DNA of 64,000 nucleotides from Candidatus Latescibacterota bacterium (GTDB taxonomy: Bacteria > Latescibacterota > UBA2968): contig OZ242311.1 in NCBI GenBank assembly GCA_965207885.1, forward strand, positions 64,001-128,000, in the 5' to 3' direction. The position numbers and the translations under genes are program-made. The notes under the pieces were generated by a model. It had not been told where the DNA came from. It did not search any database and saw only the letters and a list, made by a program, of their open reading frames with translations. Shown here in pieces: positions 19,911-28,151 of the stretch. Every line of letters begins with the position of its first letter. Position 1 is the first letter of the stretch.

Positions 19911-20119
19911 ACGGGTCAAGTCCAAGATACGAACACTGGATGAGGCCCAGTTCCCAACGGCATTCGGCTTGGCGATGGAAGCAGAGGAATACACACAGGT
20001 AAGGGAGAAGCAGGTCAAAGAGGCACTATCGGACATGGAGCATCTGGGGCTGGACGATCGATCTACTGATGAACCTGATGACCCCAGCATGGACATTATA
20101 GATCAAGAACAGAACGCAG
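19911..20119 (+). pseudogene. C-terminal fragment of an unidentified gene
   Basis: Open frame RVKSKIRTLDEAQFPTAFGLAMEAEEY...DQEQNA with no credible start, between duplicated tails. Confidence 0.35.
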
Positions 20120-20176
20120 ACAGGACCTGGTCTGGGGATCGAACTCGACGAAAGCGGTCGTCAATAAACATCGTGC
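20120..20176 (+). pseudogene. Diverged copy of the 3' tail of the enolase-family gene 22424-23548, interrupted by the IS and continuing at 21459-21474
   Basis: Reads TGPGLGIELDE(+1 nt)AVVNKHRA* versus TGPGLGVELDESVVAKHRA*; both are followed by ggttgcgtaaaa. Confidence 0.85.
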
Positions 20177-20300
20177 GTGACTACTCCCAACGCTAAAGCA
20201 GTTGGGCTTCTTGGCGGTCAATCCGCCTGACGTTGTAGCCCCAACGTCAATATGTTTATCGCAGCATTGTGGTCTCTGTCCGTCTTATAGCCACACGCCT
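20157..20300 (-). ncRNA. Predicted TnpB omegaRNA/reRNA (scaffold at the right end plus flanking guide)
   Basis: Inferred from established TnpB biology. Scaffold 3' end at 20177; guide GCACGATGTTTATTGACGAC. The 5' boundary is a guess. Confidence 0.55.
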
Positions 20301-21342
20301 TGCAATGATGCACACGCTCAGAAAGTGCTTTCTTCTCTCTATGTCCGCATGCAGAGCAATCTTGTGACGTATATTCAGGATCAACGGCCTTGAATCCAAT
20401 ACCAGCCTCTTCCGCTTTGTATTTGAGACAGTGCCGAAACAGGGACCATGCTACGTCTGCTATTGATTTAGCCAATCGTCTGTTCTTTTGCATCTCTTTC
20501 ACGTCCAATTTCTCTACGGCTATGAATCCGTGACGATTGACCATTTTTCTTGATTCTTGATGAGCAAAGTTATGTCGTTTATTACGGATACGCTCATGCA
20601 CTCTACCAATGACTTTACGACGCTTTTCTCTTACGGCGTCGGTCTTGGGTCTTTTTTTCACCGCGTCCCATTTGCGCTGTGTTTTGGCAAGAGATTTCTC
20701 TTCTTTCCTAAAGAATCTCTGATTCTCTATTTTCTGTCCGTCACTGGTCACAGCAAAGGAATTGAGACCCACGTCAATGCCAACAGCAGAGCCAGCGGTT
20801 GGTTTCTTCTCTTTTTCGCCAATATCGCAAGAGATAGACACAAACCACTTGCCTGTTGCTGTGCGTGTGATTGTGCAAGACTTAGGGATACCCTCAAGTG
20901 ACCTGTGCTGGACAATGCGAATGCAACCAATACTGCCCAATCGCAAGCCCTTGTCGTCCAATCGACATCCATTGGCAAACTGAGGATAGGTGATAGAATC
21001 ATAGCGATGCTCATTCTTGTATCTGGGAAAGCCAGCTTTCTCGCCTGTCTTTGACTTCCCTTTGAGACGCCGAAAGAAACCTTTGAATGCCAAATCTACT
21101 CTTGCTGACACTTGTTGCAACACCTGACTATACACTTGCTTGAAAGCGGCGTGTTGTTGTTTTAACACTGGTATTGTTTTGGTCTGGTCATATTCAGAGA
21201 GAGACTTATTCTCATTTTTCCATGCTTGTATTCTGGCACAGAGTAGTTGATTATAGAGAATACGACATTCGTCAATATGCGCCAGCAAGATTTGTTCTTG
21301 CTTTTTGGTCGGACGCAATCTGTATTTGAATGATTTAACCAT
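20218..21342 (-). CDS. tnpB: RNA-guided endonuclease TnpB
   Basis: KSFKYRLRPT HTH, GFPRYK, RuvC residues in GIDVG / AVEKL / DRDHNAA, and CSACG..CKACG zinc finger. Confidence 0.95.
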   Translation of the reverse strand: MVKSFKYRLRPTKKQEQILLAHIDECRILYNQLLCARIQAWKNENKSLSEYDQTKTIPVLKQQHAAFKQVYSQVLQQVSARVDLAFKGFFRRLKGKSKTGEKAGFPRYKNEHRYDSITYPQFANGCRLDDKGLRLGSIGCIRIVQHRSLEGIPKSCTITRTATGKWFVSISCDIGEKEKKPTAGSAVGIDVGLNSFAVTSDGQKIENQRFFRKEEKSLAKTQRKWDAVKKRPKTDAVREKRRKVIGRVHERIRNKRHNFAHQESRKMVNRHGFIAVEKLDVKEMQKNRRLAKSIADVAWSLFRHCLKYKAEEAGIGFKAVDPEYTSQDCSACGHREKKALSERVHHCKACGYKTDRDHNAAINILTLGLQRQAD

Positions 21343-21348
21343 AATAAA

Positions 21349-21377
21349 AATATATACTTATATGCATTTTTTGTCAA
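21349..21377 (-). promoter_or_regulatory. Sigma70-like promoter of tnpB (probably leaderless)
   Basis: TTGACA-N17-TATATT, with the ATG 7 nt after the -10 box. Confidence 0.6.
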
Positions 21378-21464
21378 GATTTTTATCGCTAAAGCAATAC
21401 CAAAATCACAAGCCCTCATATCCCAACGCTAAAGCTGTTGGGTTTTACGGGCTGTTTGATAAGG

Positions 21465-21493
21465 TTGCGTAAAATTGCAACATTTGCTATAAT
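21465..21493 (+). promoter_or_regulatory. Sigma70-like promoter of vapBC
   Basis: TTGCGT-N17-TATAAT with an extended TG. Confidence 0.6.
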
Positions 21494-21529
21494 TTATTGC
21501 TTCCATGACATCATTAAAGGATTTTAGCC

Positions 21530-21784
21530 ATGAATAAAATGATAAAAACAAAAGTAACAGCGCAAGGGGTTTTGATCCCTCGGCAGTTGTTAGAAGGAAT
21601 AGAGGAAGTAGAAATAAAAAAAGAAAATGATGTGATTACAATTATGCCGACGGGACAGATGAACGCCTGCGGTAGTAGTACACAGCTTGATCCCATTTGG
21701 AATCTGGGTGAAAATCCAGTCGAATGTGGTATTTCAGATGCTTCCGAACAGCATGACAAATATTTGTATGACACATCTTCATGA
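21530..21784 (+). CDS. Putative AbrB/SpoVT-like antitoxin (VapB)
   Basis: TKVTAQGVLIP..., C-terminal ISDASEQHDKYLY; ATGA overlap with the PIN gene. Confidence 0.75.
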   Translation: MNKMIKTKVTAQGVLIPRQLLEGIEEVEIKKENDVITIMPTGQMNACGSSTQLDPIWNLGENPVECGISDASEQHDKYLYDTSS

Positions 21785-22194
21785 ACACAAATATATTCTT
21801 TCTTGATACAGGTTATCTCATTGCCCTTGAAGCTTCTAACGACAAAAATCATACACGCGCAAAAAATCATTGGCGAACTTTTATTCGCACACGCCCGTCT
21901 TTAGTGACCACCTCCTTTGTTTTCGATGAGGTGGTCACTTTTTTTAATAGTCGAAATCGACACGAAAAGGCCGTTGAAGTTGGCTCGCACCTCTTGAATA
22001 GTCCTTCTGTTCAGCTAATCCAGGTGGATGACGCCCTTTTTCGCAAAGGTTGGGAATATTTCGAGCAACATTCAGATAAGCTCTACTCTTTGACAGATTG
22101 CATTTCATTTGTTGTTATGCAGCAACGGAAAATTCAGACTGCCCTAACTTTTGATAGGCATTTTACTCAAGCCAATTTTTTGACCATTCCCTAA
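21781..22194 (+). CDS. vapC: VapC-family PIN domain toxin
   Basis: FLDTG, VFDEV, SLTDCISF and TFDRHF catalytic acidic motifs. Confidence 0.92.
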   Translation: MNTNIFFLDTGYLIALEASNDKNHTRAKNHWRTFIRTRPSLVTTSFVFDEVVTFFNSRNRHEKAVEVGSHLLNSPSVQLIQVDDALFRKGWEYFEQHSDKLYSLTDCISFVVMQQRKIQTALTFDRHFTQANFLTIP

Positions 22195-22200
22195 ATCTCC

Positions 22201-22246
22201 TGAAAGTGGCATACTACAGGCGTATATGGTGCGCGGTTGGCTTTGA
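22201..22246 (+). pseudogene. Diverged copy of the 3' tail of gene 15736-16965
   Basis: ESGILQAYMVRGWL* versus ESGILQAYMVRGWS* (16920-16965), with synonymous differences AGT/AGC and GTG/GTA. Confidence 0.88.
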
Positions 22247-22256
22247 GTAGGACTAA

Positions 22257-22427
22257 GCGGCCACCGTACAAACACTCGCCCTGCTATACGAAGCCTTGCC
22301 CCGGCGATTCACAACATCGCACCCGTGGCGATTCGGATGGAGCAACAGGGCGTTCTGGCAATGCCGCGTGATCAAAAAAGCATTGACCGCATTGCCACAC
22401 ACCAGCACAGGAGCACATCAACCATGA
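22257..22427 (+). pseudogene. Displaced original 3' end of gene 18930-19901 (repeat copy 2)
   Basis: 113 bp identical to 19758-19870, then VIKKALTALPHTSTGAHQP*, whose TGA overlaps the ATG at 22424 (ATGA coupling). Confidence 0.85.
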
Positions 22428-23548
22428 AAATCACCGACGTGGAAACCATCGTAATCCAAAACATCCAGCCCTATCGCGGGGGGCAATACTGGCTCTTTGT
22501 CCAGCTCATCACCGACGAAGGCATCGTGGGATTGGGCGAGCGACCCTCGGGAAATGCCACCAATTTGGACGCCCAAATCAGCCTCATCAAAAACCTCTGT
22601 CAGCAATTCGCCATCGGCACAAGCCCCTTTGACATCGAAAGCCTGTGGCAGCGAATCTTTGCATCTCGGCACGACTATCGCCATCCCGGCCTCGACGCAA
22701 CACCCGCCTTGAGCGCCATTGAAATGGCGTGTTGGGACATTGTCGGCAAAGCATTGAACCAGCCCATCTATAACCTGCTCGGCGGCAGAGTCCACGACAA
22801 ACTCAGGGCTTATGCCTACATGCCCACCGACGGCATCTGGGAAAATCCAGAACGCGCGGGCGAAATTGCAACCCGCCTGGTCGCGGATGGAAACACCGCC
22901 TGCAAATTCGACCCCTTCCACCCGATCTTTCCCAACCCGCGCGACTTCCCACTCAAAACCATCCGCCACGTCGCCAAAATATTCAAAAGCATCCGGGACG
23001 CAGTAGGCGACGAATTGGAAATCGGCATCGGCACCCACGGACAATTTAGCACATCGGGCGCAATCCGCGTGGCAAAAGAACTGGAAGAATTCAGTCCCTT
23101 CTGGTTTGAAGAACCCGTCCCCCCGGAAAACATCGACGAAATGGCCCGCGTCGCCGCCCACACCAGCATCCCAATCGCCACGGGGGAACGACTCGTCACC
23201 AAATACGAATTTGCCGAACTCCTCAAAAAACAGGCCGCACAAATCCTCCAATTAGACGTAGGACAATGCGGCGGAATATTGGAATCCAAAAAAATTGCCA
23301 GCATGGCCGAAGCCCACTACGCCCTCATCGCACCCCACATGTATTGCGGTCCCATCGCCGCAGCAGCCGCGGTGCAACTCGACACATGCTCGCCGAACTT
23401 TCTGATCCAGGAATTCAACGCCAACGACCTCCACAGCGAAATATTCATAGAACCAATCCAATTTGAAAGCGGCTATATCACCCCGCCAACAGGACCTGGT
23501 CTGGGCGTCGAACTCGACGAATCAGTCGTTGCAAAACACCGCGCGTAA
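22424..23548 (+). CDS. Mandelate racemase/muconate lactonizing enzyme family dehydratase (DgoD-like)
   Basis: TDEGIVGLGE, SAIEMACWDIVGK, LLGG, WFEEP, IATGER, PTGPGLGVE motifs. AGGAG before ATG. Confidence 0.92.
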   Translation: MKITDVETIVIQNIQPYRGGQYWLFVQLITDEGIVGLGERPSGNATNLDAQISLIKNLCQQFAIGTSPFDIESLWQRIFASRHDYRHPGLDATPALSAIEMACWDIVGKALNQPIYNLLGGRVHDKLRAYAYMPTDGIWENPERAGEIATRLVADGNTACKFDPFHPIFPNPRDFPLKTIRHVAKIFKSIRDAVGDELEIGIGTHGQFSTSGAIRVAKELEEFSPFWFEEPVPPENIDEMARVAAHTSIPIATGERLVTKYEFAELLKKQAAQILQLDVGQCGGILESKKIASMAEAHYALIAPHMYCGPIAAAAAVQLDTCSPNFLIQEFNANDLHSEIFIEPIQFESGYITPPTGPGLGVELDESVVAKHRA

Positions 23549-23562
23549 GGTTGCGTAAAAGC

Positions 23563-23597
23563 AAACGCCCCAGCATCGTTTATGCCGGGGCGTTTTT
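23563..23597 (+). terminator. Rho-independent terminator
   Basis: aaacgcccc...ggggcgttttt hairpin between convergent genes. Confidence 0.8.
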
Positions 23598-23646
23598 GTG
23601 TCAGATAAACCAATTCCCAAAGGGTTTTTCTGTTTAGCGAACTCAT

Positions 23647-25443
23647 TCACCGAAACGCGATGCGATAAGTCAATGTATTTTCAGCATTGATGTACGCCGT
23701 CACGACCTGGCGATCACCGGATTTGAGATCGGTATCGGATAAAGTGAGTGCGTTTTCGGTTTCAATACAGAGCGAAACATCACCGCGCGTGAGAACCGCC
23801 CCGTTCTTTATTGTATCCATATCCCCTTTCAAAATCGGGAGAACCTCAGTAAATGCACCGGGATAGCTGACAGAAACAGTAATCGCATCGCTGGCAAAGA
23901 GAATCGTCTTACTGCCAGCTTCGCCGAGGGGATAGGTAATCTCGAGATCGCCATCGGGCAGATCGCGGATACCGGGTCGCGGTATGATCGGATCCCCATC
24001 AATCCGAAAAGCAGCAGCAATATCGGTCTTTTCACAGAGCGTATTATTAATAATCGTCCCCCAGGCAGCATAGTCTGTATCCGTTTGAGACTGCAGAACA
24101 GCACCAGCGCGAGGATGCCAGATCAACCCCAGCCCATACCGCTGTTGGGCACTCAGCACAGGCCCCGTATTAAAAGCAGCGTAATAAGTTGGACGACGGA
24201 CAAACGAAAAAACCACCGGATGGCGGCTGTCAACCCGCTGGTGTGTGAAACGGTCTCGTGCGATATAGGGCAACATCGCAGTGGCCGCTTTTTTTTGTTC
24301 TGAACTGGGATACCATGTAATGTGGTCCCGGTGCAAAAAAGCATAAGGCGTAAAAGCCCAAAATTCACCGACCTGGAGCGGCGCAACAGAGGGCCAATTG
24401 GCTTCAAGGCGGGCGCGCGCATCTGCAATATCCCGTGCATGTGCCTCAGCCGTACGCCCATAAGCGCGGGGCAACTCGAGTACTTCACCGAGCGCAGTCG
24501 TGTCGATATCCCCAGAATTAGACCTCTCGGCACCGCCGAGATTGGCGCGATACTCAGTGAGAAAAGCTCTCTGCTGGCGGGTTTCAATACCGCGGTTGAG
24601 CGCGTAACCCGTACCATCGGGTTCGCGCACGGCATTGTAGGAAAACCAATCGTACCAGCGCTGTTCTTTCTCCAGAAAAACAGATGCCCGATCCGTGCCG
24701 CGAGCATAGTGATAGGCAACGTGGATATCGCTGTGGTGAGTACCGAGAAAATAGCCCCAATCGGGACCGCTACGCTCGTAAAAATAACCTGCTGGACTCT
24801 GAAATTCCGTCAGACTATCTTCAAGACGCTGATCGAGCAAACGCTCGAGTTCTGCATCGGGAAAGAGATCCAGATACGCCAGCGCACCACCCCAGGCATT
24901 GGCATACTGATTGGTAAAATTGCGACCCTGGGTTTGCAATTCATCAATCGTAAAAGTGGCGTAGAGTGCTTTGCGGTCGGCGGCTATGACGCGCTCGTGC
25001 AGGGCTGAATCAATGTCCGGACCGCTGTCGAGCAGGTGGAGGGTTTGCCCCATAAACTTTGTGGCAAAAGCAGTAGCGGCGAGATTCCACTTACCGGGAC
25101 CGTACTCGCTGAAACGCCCATCCCCGTTTTGAATGCCGCACCAGAAGTCGAGCGCAGCTTCGAGACGCTGGCGCAGGTCGGGCTGTGCGTAAAACACATT
25201 CCAGGGGCGGTCGGTGCAATAAAAGAAAGCCAGCGCCAGAATATTCTCCATAATACGCGCATTGTGCGGTTTATTATCCTTCGGATTCCGCCAGACCGAA
25301 ATATTGATAAAGCCGCGATCGGGGCCGTACATCTCAACAGCATTGGCAACCCGGTGAAAATGCGACAAATAATAGGGCAAATCGAGTTCGCCATCGGCAA
25401 AGTCGGCTGGTGAAAAATCAGCAACAGGCGCGGGATTAAGCAT
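23647..25443 (-). CDS. Hypothetical protein (598 aa)
   Basis: Long ORF with AAGGAG RBS. Aromatic-rich helical N-half and beta-rich C-half, possibly carbohydrate-active; no family recognised. Confidence 0.7.
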   Translation of the reverse strand: MLNPAPVADFSPADFADGELDLPYYLSHFHRVANAVEMYGPDRGFINISVWRNPKDNKPHNARIMENILALAFFYCTDRPWNVFYAQPDLRQRLEAALDFWCGIQNGDGRFSEYGPGKWNLAATAFATKFMGQTLHLLDSGPDIDSALHERVIAADRKALYATFTIDELQTQGRNFTNQYANAWGGALAYLDLFPDAELERLLDQRLEDSLTEFQSPAGYFYERSGPDWGYFLGTHHSDIHVAYHYARGTDRASVFLEKEQRWYDWFSYNAVREPDGTGYALNRGIETRQQRAFLTEYRANLGGAERSNSGDIDTTALGEVLELPRAYGRTAEAHARDIADARARLEANWPSVAPLQVGEFWAFTPYAFLHRDHITWYPSSEQKKAATAMLPYIARDRFTHQRVDSRHPVVFSFVRRPTYYAAFNTGPVLSAQQRYGLGLIWHPRAGAVLQSQTDTDYAAWGTIINNTLCEKTDIAAAFRIDGDPIIPRPGIRDLPDGDLEITYPLGEAGSKTILFASDAITVSVSYPGAFTEVLPILKGDMDTIKNGAVLTRGDVSLCIETENALTLSDTDLKSGDRQVVTAYINAENTLTYRIAFR

Positions 25444-25496
25444 GAATCAACTCCTTTGTTTAACGATTCGTCGAAGAGAGCAAACCATTGAAAAAT

Positions 25497-25530
25497 AAAA
25501 AAGCGGTGATCCGAAGACCACCGCTTTTTT
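25497..25530. terminator. Rho-independent terminator (bidirectional)
   Basis: aaaaaagcggtg...caccgctttttt. Confidence 0.8.
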
Positions 25531-25547
25531 GCGTTTATCGCGAACAC

Positions 25548-26666
25548 TTATTTATCGCGATGTAAAATCTGTCGCAAACGCCCGACTTCGCGTTGCAGAT
25601 AATTGATATGTTGATAAACCGCTGCATCTTTGGGCTTCACCAGAGGCGCTGGACGCAAAGCGACCAGAGCAGCGCTATCCATCTGATCCAGCTCGACTTG
25701 TATCGCCACCACCTGTCCCTCGCGTCGAATACCTATCGTTGCGGTCTCGCCCGGCGTACTTTCCAGCACCATCCGCTTCAAATGCACTGGACCACCAATG
25801 GCGCGCCCACGATATGAAAGCACCACATCGCCCGGCTGAATCCCGCCCTCAGTTGCAGGACTATTCGGCTGCACATTGACCACCACCACCTCGTTGCCCC
25901 GTGGTGCAACCTCCACACCCAGTTTGCCATACGCCATTTGCCCATGTGCAACCAGCGCGCGCGCCACCCGCATCGCGCGATTGATCGGAATGACAAAAAC
26001 CGACGACGGCAGGGAGGTCCATCCAAATAGAGAACCATCGTCTTGAGTAACGGTGCGAATCGGGTCTTCATAGCGCCACACCATACCCCCAACCCGTCCA
26101 TTACCGCAAAACACGGGAGCCCCGCCATAACTGCTCTGCACGCGGGCCGACACCTGAAACAAATCCCTATCCCGATAGATTCCGTACACCATCCCAACAG
26201 AAGGCACCAGATTGCCAAAGTCATTGCCCAACAAAAGGGCGTAATGCCCAATTTTAATATACTGTGAATCTCCCACCACAACCGTGGGCAAATTCTCTGC
26301 CTCAACGCGAATAACAGCAATCCCCGAAATCGGATCTGCCCCCACGAGCGCCGCCCGCACCTGCACGCCAGAAGCCAGCGTCACCCGAATCTCATCGGCA
26401 TCTGCAATAGCGGCTTCAATCGTTAAAATATAACCCTGGGGATCAAAAATAAACCCCGTGCCGTGGGTAAACACCGAACCAAACGGCCCGCTATCTGCCC
26501 GCGCACGGGGAGGATAGAGCGTGTGAATCCGCACCACACTCTGCCGATTATCTTCCAAAATTGCAGCAATTTCCTCTTCAAGCGTGCACAACAGGCTGCG
26601 TTCTTCCGTCCATCCCCTGCCCACAAAGAGCAGGCACAACGCCATTGTGCAACACAAAGATCTCAT
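25548..26666 (-). CDS. HtrA/DegP-like trypsin plus PDZ protein, catalytic triad degenerate
   Basis: GTGFIFDPQGYILT, LVGADPISGIAVI, PDZ GKLGV...SPATEGGIQPGDVV. TNNHV and GNSGG are absent. Confidence 0.8.
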   Translation of the reverse strand: MRSLCCTMALCLLFVGRGWTEERSLLCTLEEEIAAILEDNRQSVVRIHTLYPPRARADSGPFGSVFTHGTGFIFDPQGYILTIEAAIADADEIRVTLASGVQVRAALVGADPISGIAVIRVEAENLPTVVVGDSQYIKIGHYALLLGNDFGNLVPSVGMVYGIYRDRDLFQVSARVQSSYGGAPVFCGNGRVGGMVWRYEDPIRTVTQDDGSLFGWTSLPSSVFVIPINRAMRVARALVAHGQMAYGKLGVEVAPRGNEVVVVNVQPNSPATEGGIQPGDVVLSYRGRAIGGPVHLKRMVLESTPGETATIGIRREGQVVAIQVELDQMDSAALVALRPAPLVKPKDAAVYQHINYLQREVGRLRQILHRDK

Positions 26667-26698
26667 AATCCCGCCTCTCTCCACTTGTCGAGTCAACG

Positions 26699-27295
26699 TC
26701 AAAATGAATACGAAACGGGAACTTGTTTCACGCGGCGCAAATCGCGCATATCCGATGGCAGTTGCTTCAACCGCGATGCGGAATCCACACGCGCCGAATC
26801 CCGATAATGACGAGAATCCAGACTATAAGACTCCTTGGACAAACGCTCCAATTCCAGAGCACCAACATCAACACTCGGCAATATCTGGCCCTTCATCAGT
26901 GGAATTTCCGAACGCTCCACTGCCACTTGCGGCACCGGTGTTGTATCGCCATGGAAAACCGCCTGAGTCAACCCCAGGCCGATCACCACAGCCGCAGCCA
27001 GTGTTGTAATCTTCCGCGAGACAGAAGAAAACATTGCGCGACGTGCCTTGTTCAAAGGGTGTTTTTCTTTTGCCATAGCCATTGCCAAATGGCTGCGCAA
27101 GGTAAAATCAAACTCAGCCGATGGGCGCACCTGTGGCAATTGCGCCAGGCGCTCCCTCAAAGTTTGCACATCGGCCAACAAAGTGCGACAATGCTCGCAC
27201 TCGGCGGCTTTGCGCTCCATTTCCGCCATCTCAACCGGACTCATTTCGCCATCTACATAAGCCGAAACTCGCGCTTCAAAATCGGTAACGGTCAT
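26699..27295 (-). CDS. Anti-sigma factor (zf-HC2-like, single transmembrane helix)
   Basis: VSAYVDGEMS...ECEHC and TM LAAAVVIGLGL; downstream of an ECF sigma factor. Confidence 0.8.
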   Translation of the reverse strand: MTVTDFEARVSAYVDGEMSPVEMAEMERKAAECEHCRTLLADVQTLRERLAQLPQVRPSAEFDFTLRSHLAMAMAKEKHPLNKARRAMFSSVSRKITTLAAAVVIGLGLTQAVFHGDTTPVPQVAVERSEIPLMKGQILPSVDVGALELERLSKESYSLDSRHYRDSARVDSASRLKQLPSDMRDLRRVKQVPVSYSF

Positions 27296-27333
27296 GTCTA
27301 TATTTTACCTCCGAGCAGGGTTTCCGGGATGTC

Positions 27334-27945
27334 TTAGACATTCAGGCCCACATCCCGACCTTCATTTTTCAATTTTTGTTGTAATTTTAAGCGCCCGCGA
27401 TTGACGCGCGATTTCACCGTCCCAACCGGACACTTCACAATTTCAGAAATCTCGTAATACGACATACCTTCCACATCGCGCAACAAAATCACCTGGCGGT
27501 AATTATCGGGCAACGAAGCAATGGCATTCTGAATCTCCACATCGGCCAGAGAAGATTCCGCCATGCGATCGGGACGCATAGATTCATCGGGCAAATCCAT
27601 GCCCGTATCTGACTCCTCGTCTCGATCCAGTGAAAACAACCGCCATCGCTTGCGCCTCCTCAACTCACTTTTGGCCAAATTTCCGGCAATCGTAAACAGC
27701 CAGGTAGAAAAATTGGCAATTGCACGGTATTCCTCGCGCTTTCCAAACGCGCGCAAAAACGCCTCTTGCACGATATCTTCTGCTGTTTCCCGATCGCTCA
27801 CAAAGCGAAAAACAAAATTGTACAACCGCCCTTGATAGCGCCGCACAATTTTTCCATAAGCATCAATATCTCCAGCAGATACTTCAGCTAAAATCTCCAC
27901 ATCGGGTTGTTCGCCAAGTCCATATCTCGAATTTGCCATAAGCAT
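27334..27945 (-). CDS. rpoE: ECF sigma-70 factor (RpoE/SigW-like)
   Basis: AEDIVQEAF, FSTWLFTIA.N, LRDVEGMSY.EI, GTVKSRVNRGR motifs. GGAGG before ATG 27945. Confidence 0.9.
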   Translation of the reverse strand: MLMANSRYGLGEQPDVEILAEVSAGDIDAYGKIVRRYQGRLYNFVFRFVSDRETAEDIVQEAFLRAFGKREEYRAIANFSTWLFTIAGNLAKSELRRRKRWRLFSLDRDEESDTGMDLPDESMRPDRMAESSLADVEIQNAIASLPDNYRQVILLRDVEGMSYYEISEIVKCPVGTVKSRVNRGRLKLQQKLKNEGRDVGLNV

Positions 27946-28151
27946 GGAATTCCTCCCCTTCGGGCATGTATTCCCCCTCCCATCCCAAAGCTTTACATCC
28001 TCAATCCTACTATTAAACCCCCCATGCACCGTCAGGGTTCCCAAAAATACGCGCCGACTGTTTTTCCACATTGCGCCTTCGTCAATCCCGTCTTATATTC
28101 ATCACCCCAAATCCGAAACTGATGACATTCATAAGAAAGCGAGGAACCCCG

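Larger units (their letters stand above)
20177..21458 (-). mobile_element. IS200/IS605-family element (IS1341-like, tnpB only)
   Basis: Subterminal hairpins cccaacgctaaagc(a/t)gttggg at both ends. On the minus strand the left end starts after TTAT (CAAACAGCCCG...) and the right end finishes GGGAGTAGTCAC. Removing the element restores a gene tail. Confidence 0.9.

Noticed and set aside
19969-20196. 75-aa ORF as a real gene
   Set aside because: It is a chimera of a gene fragment, the duplicated enolase tail in another frame and the IS right end.
22325-22423. N-terminal extension of the enolase gene given in the ORF track
   Set aside because: It lies in the duplicated tail of the upstream gene; the RBS and family N-terminus indicate ATG 22424.
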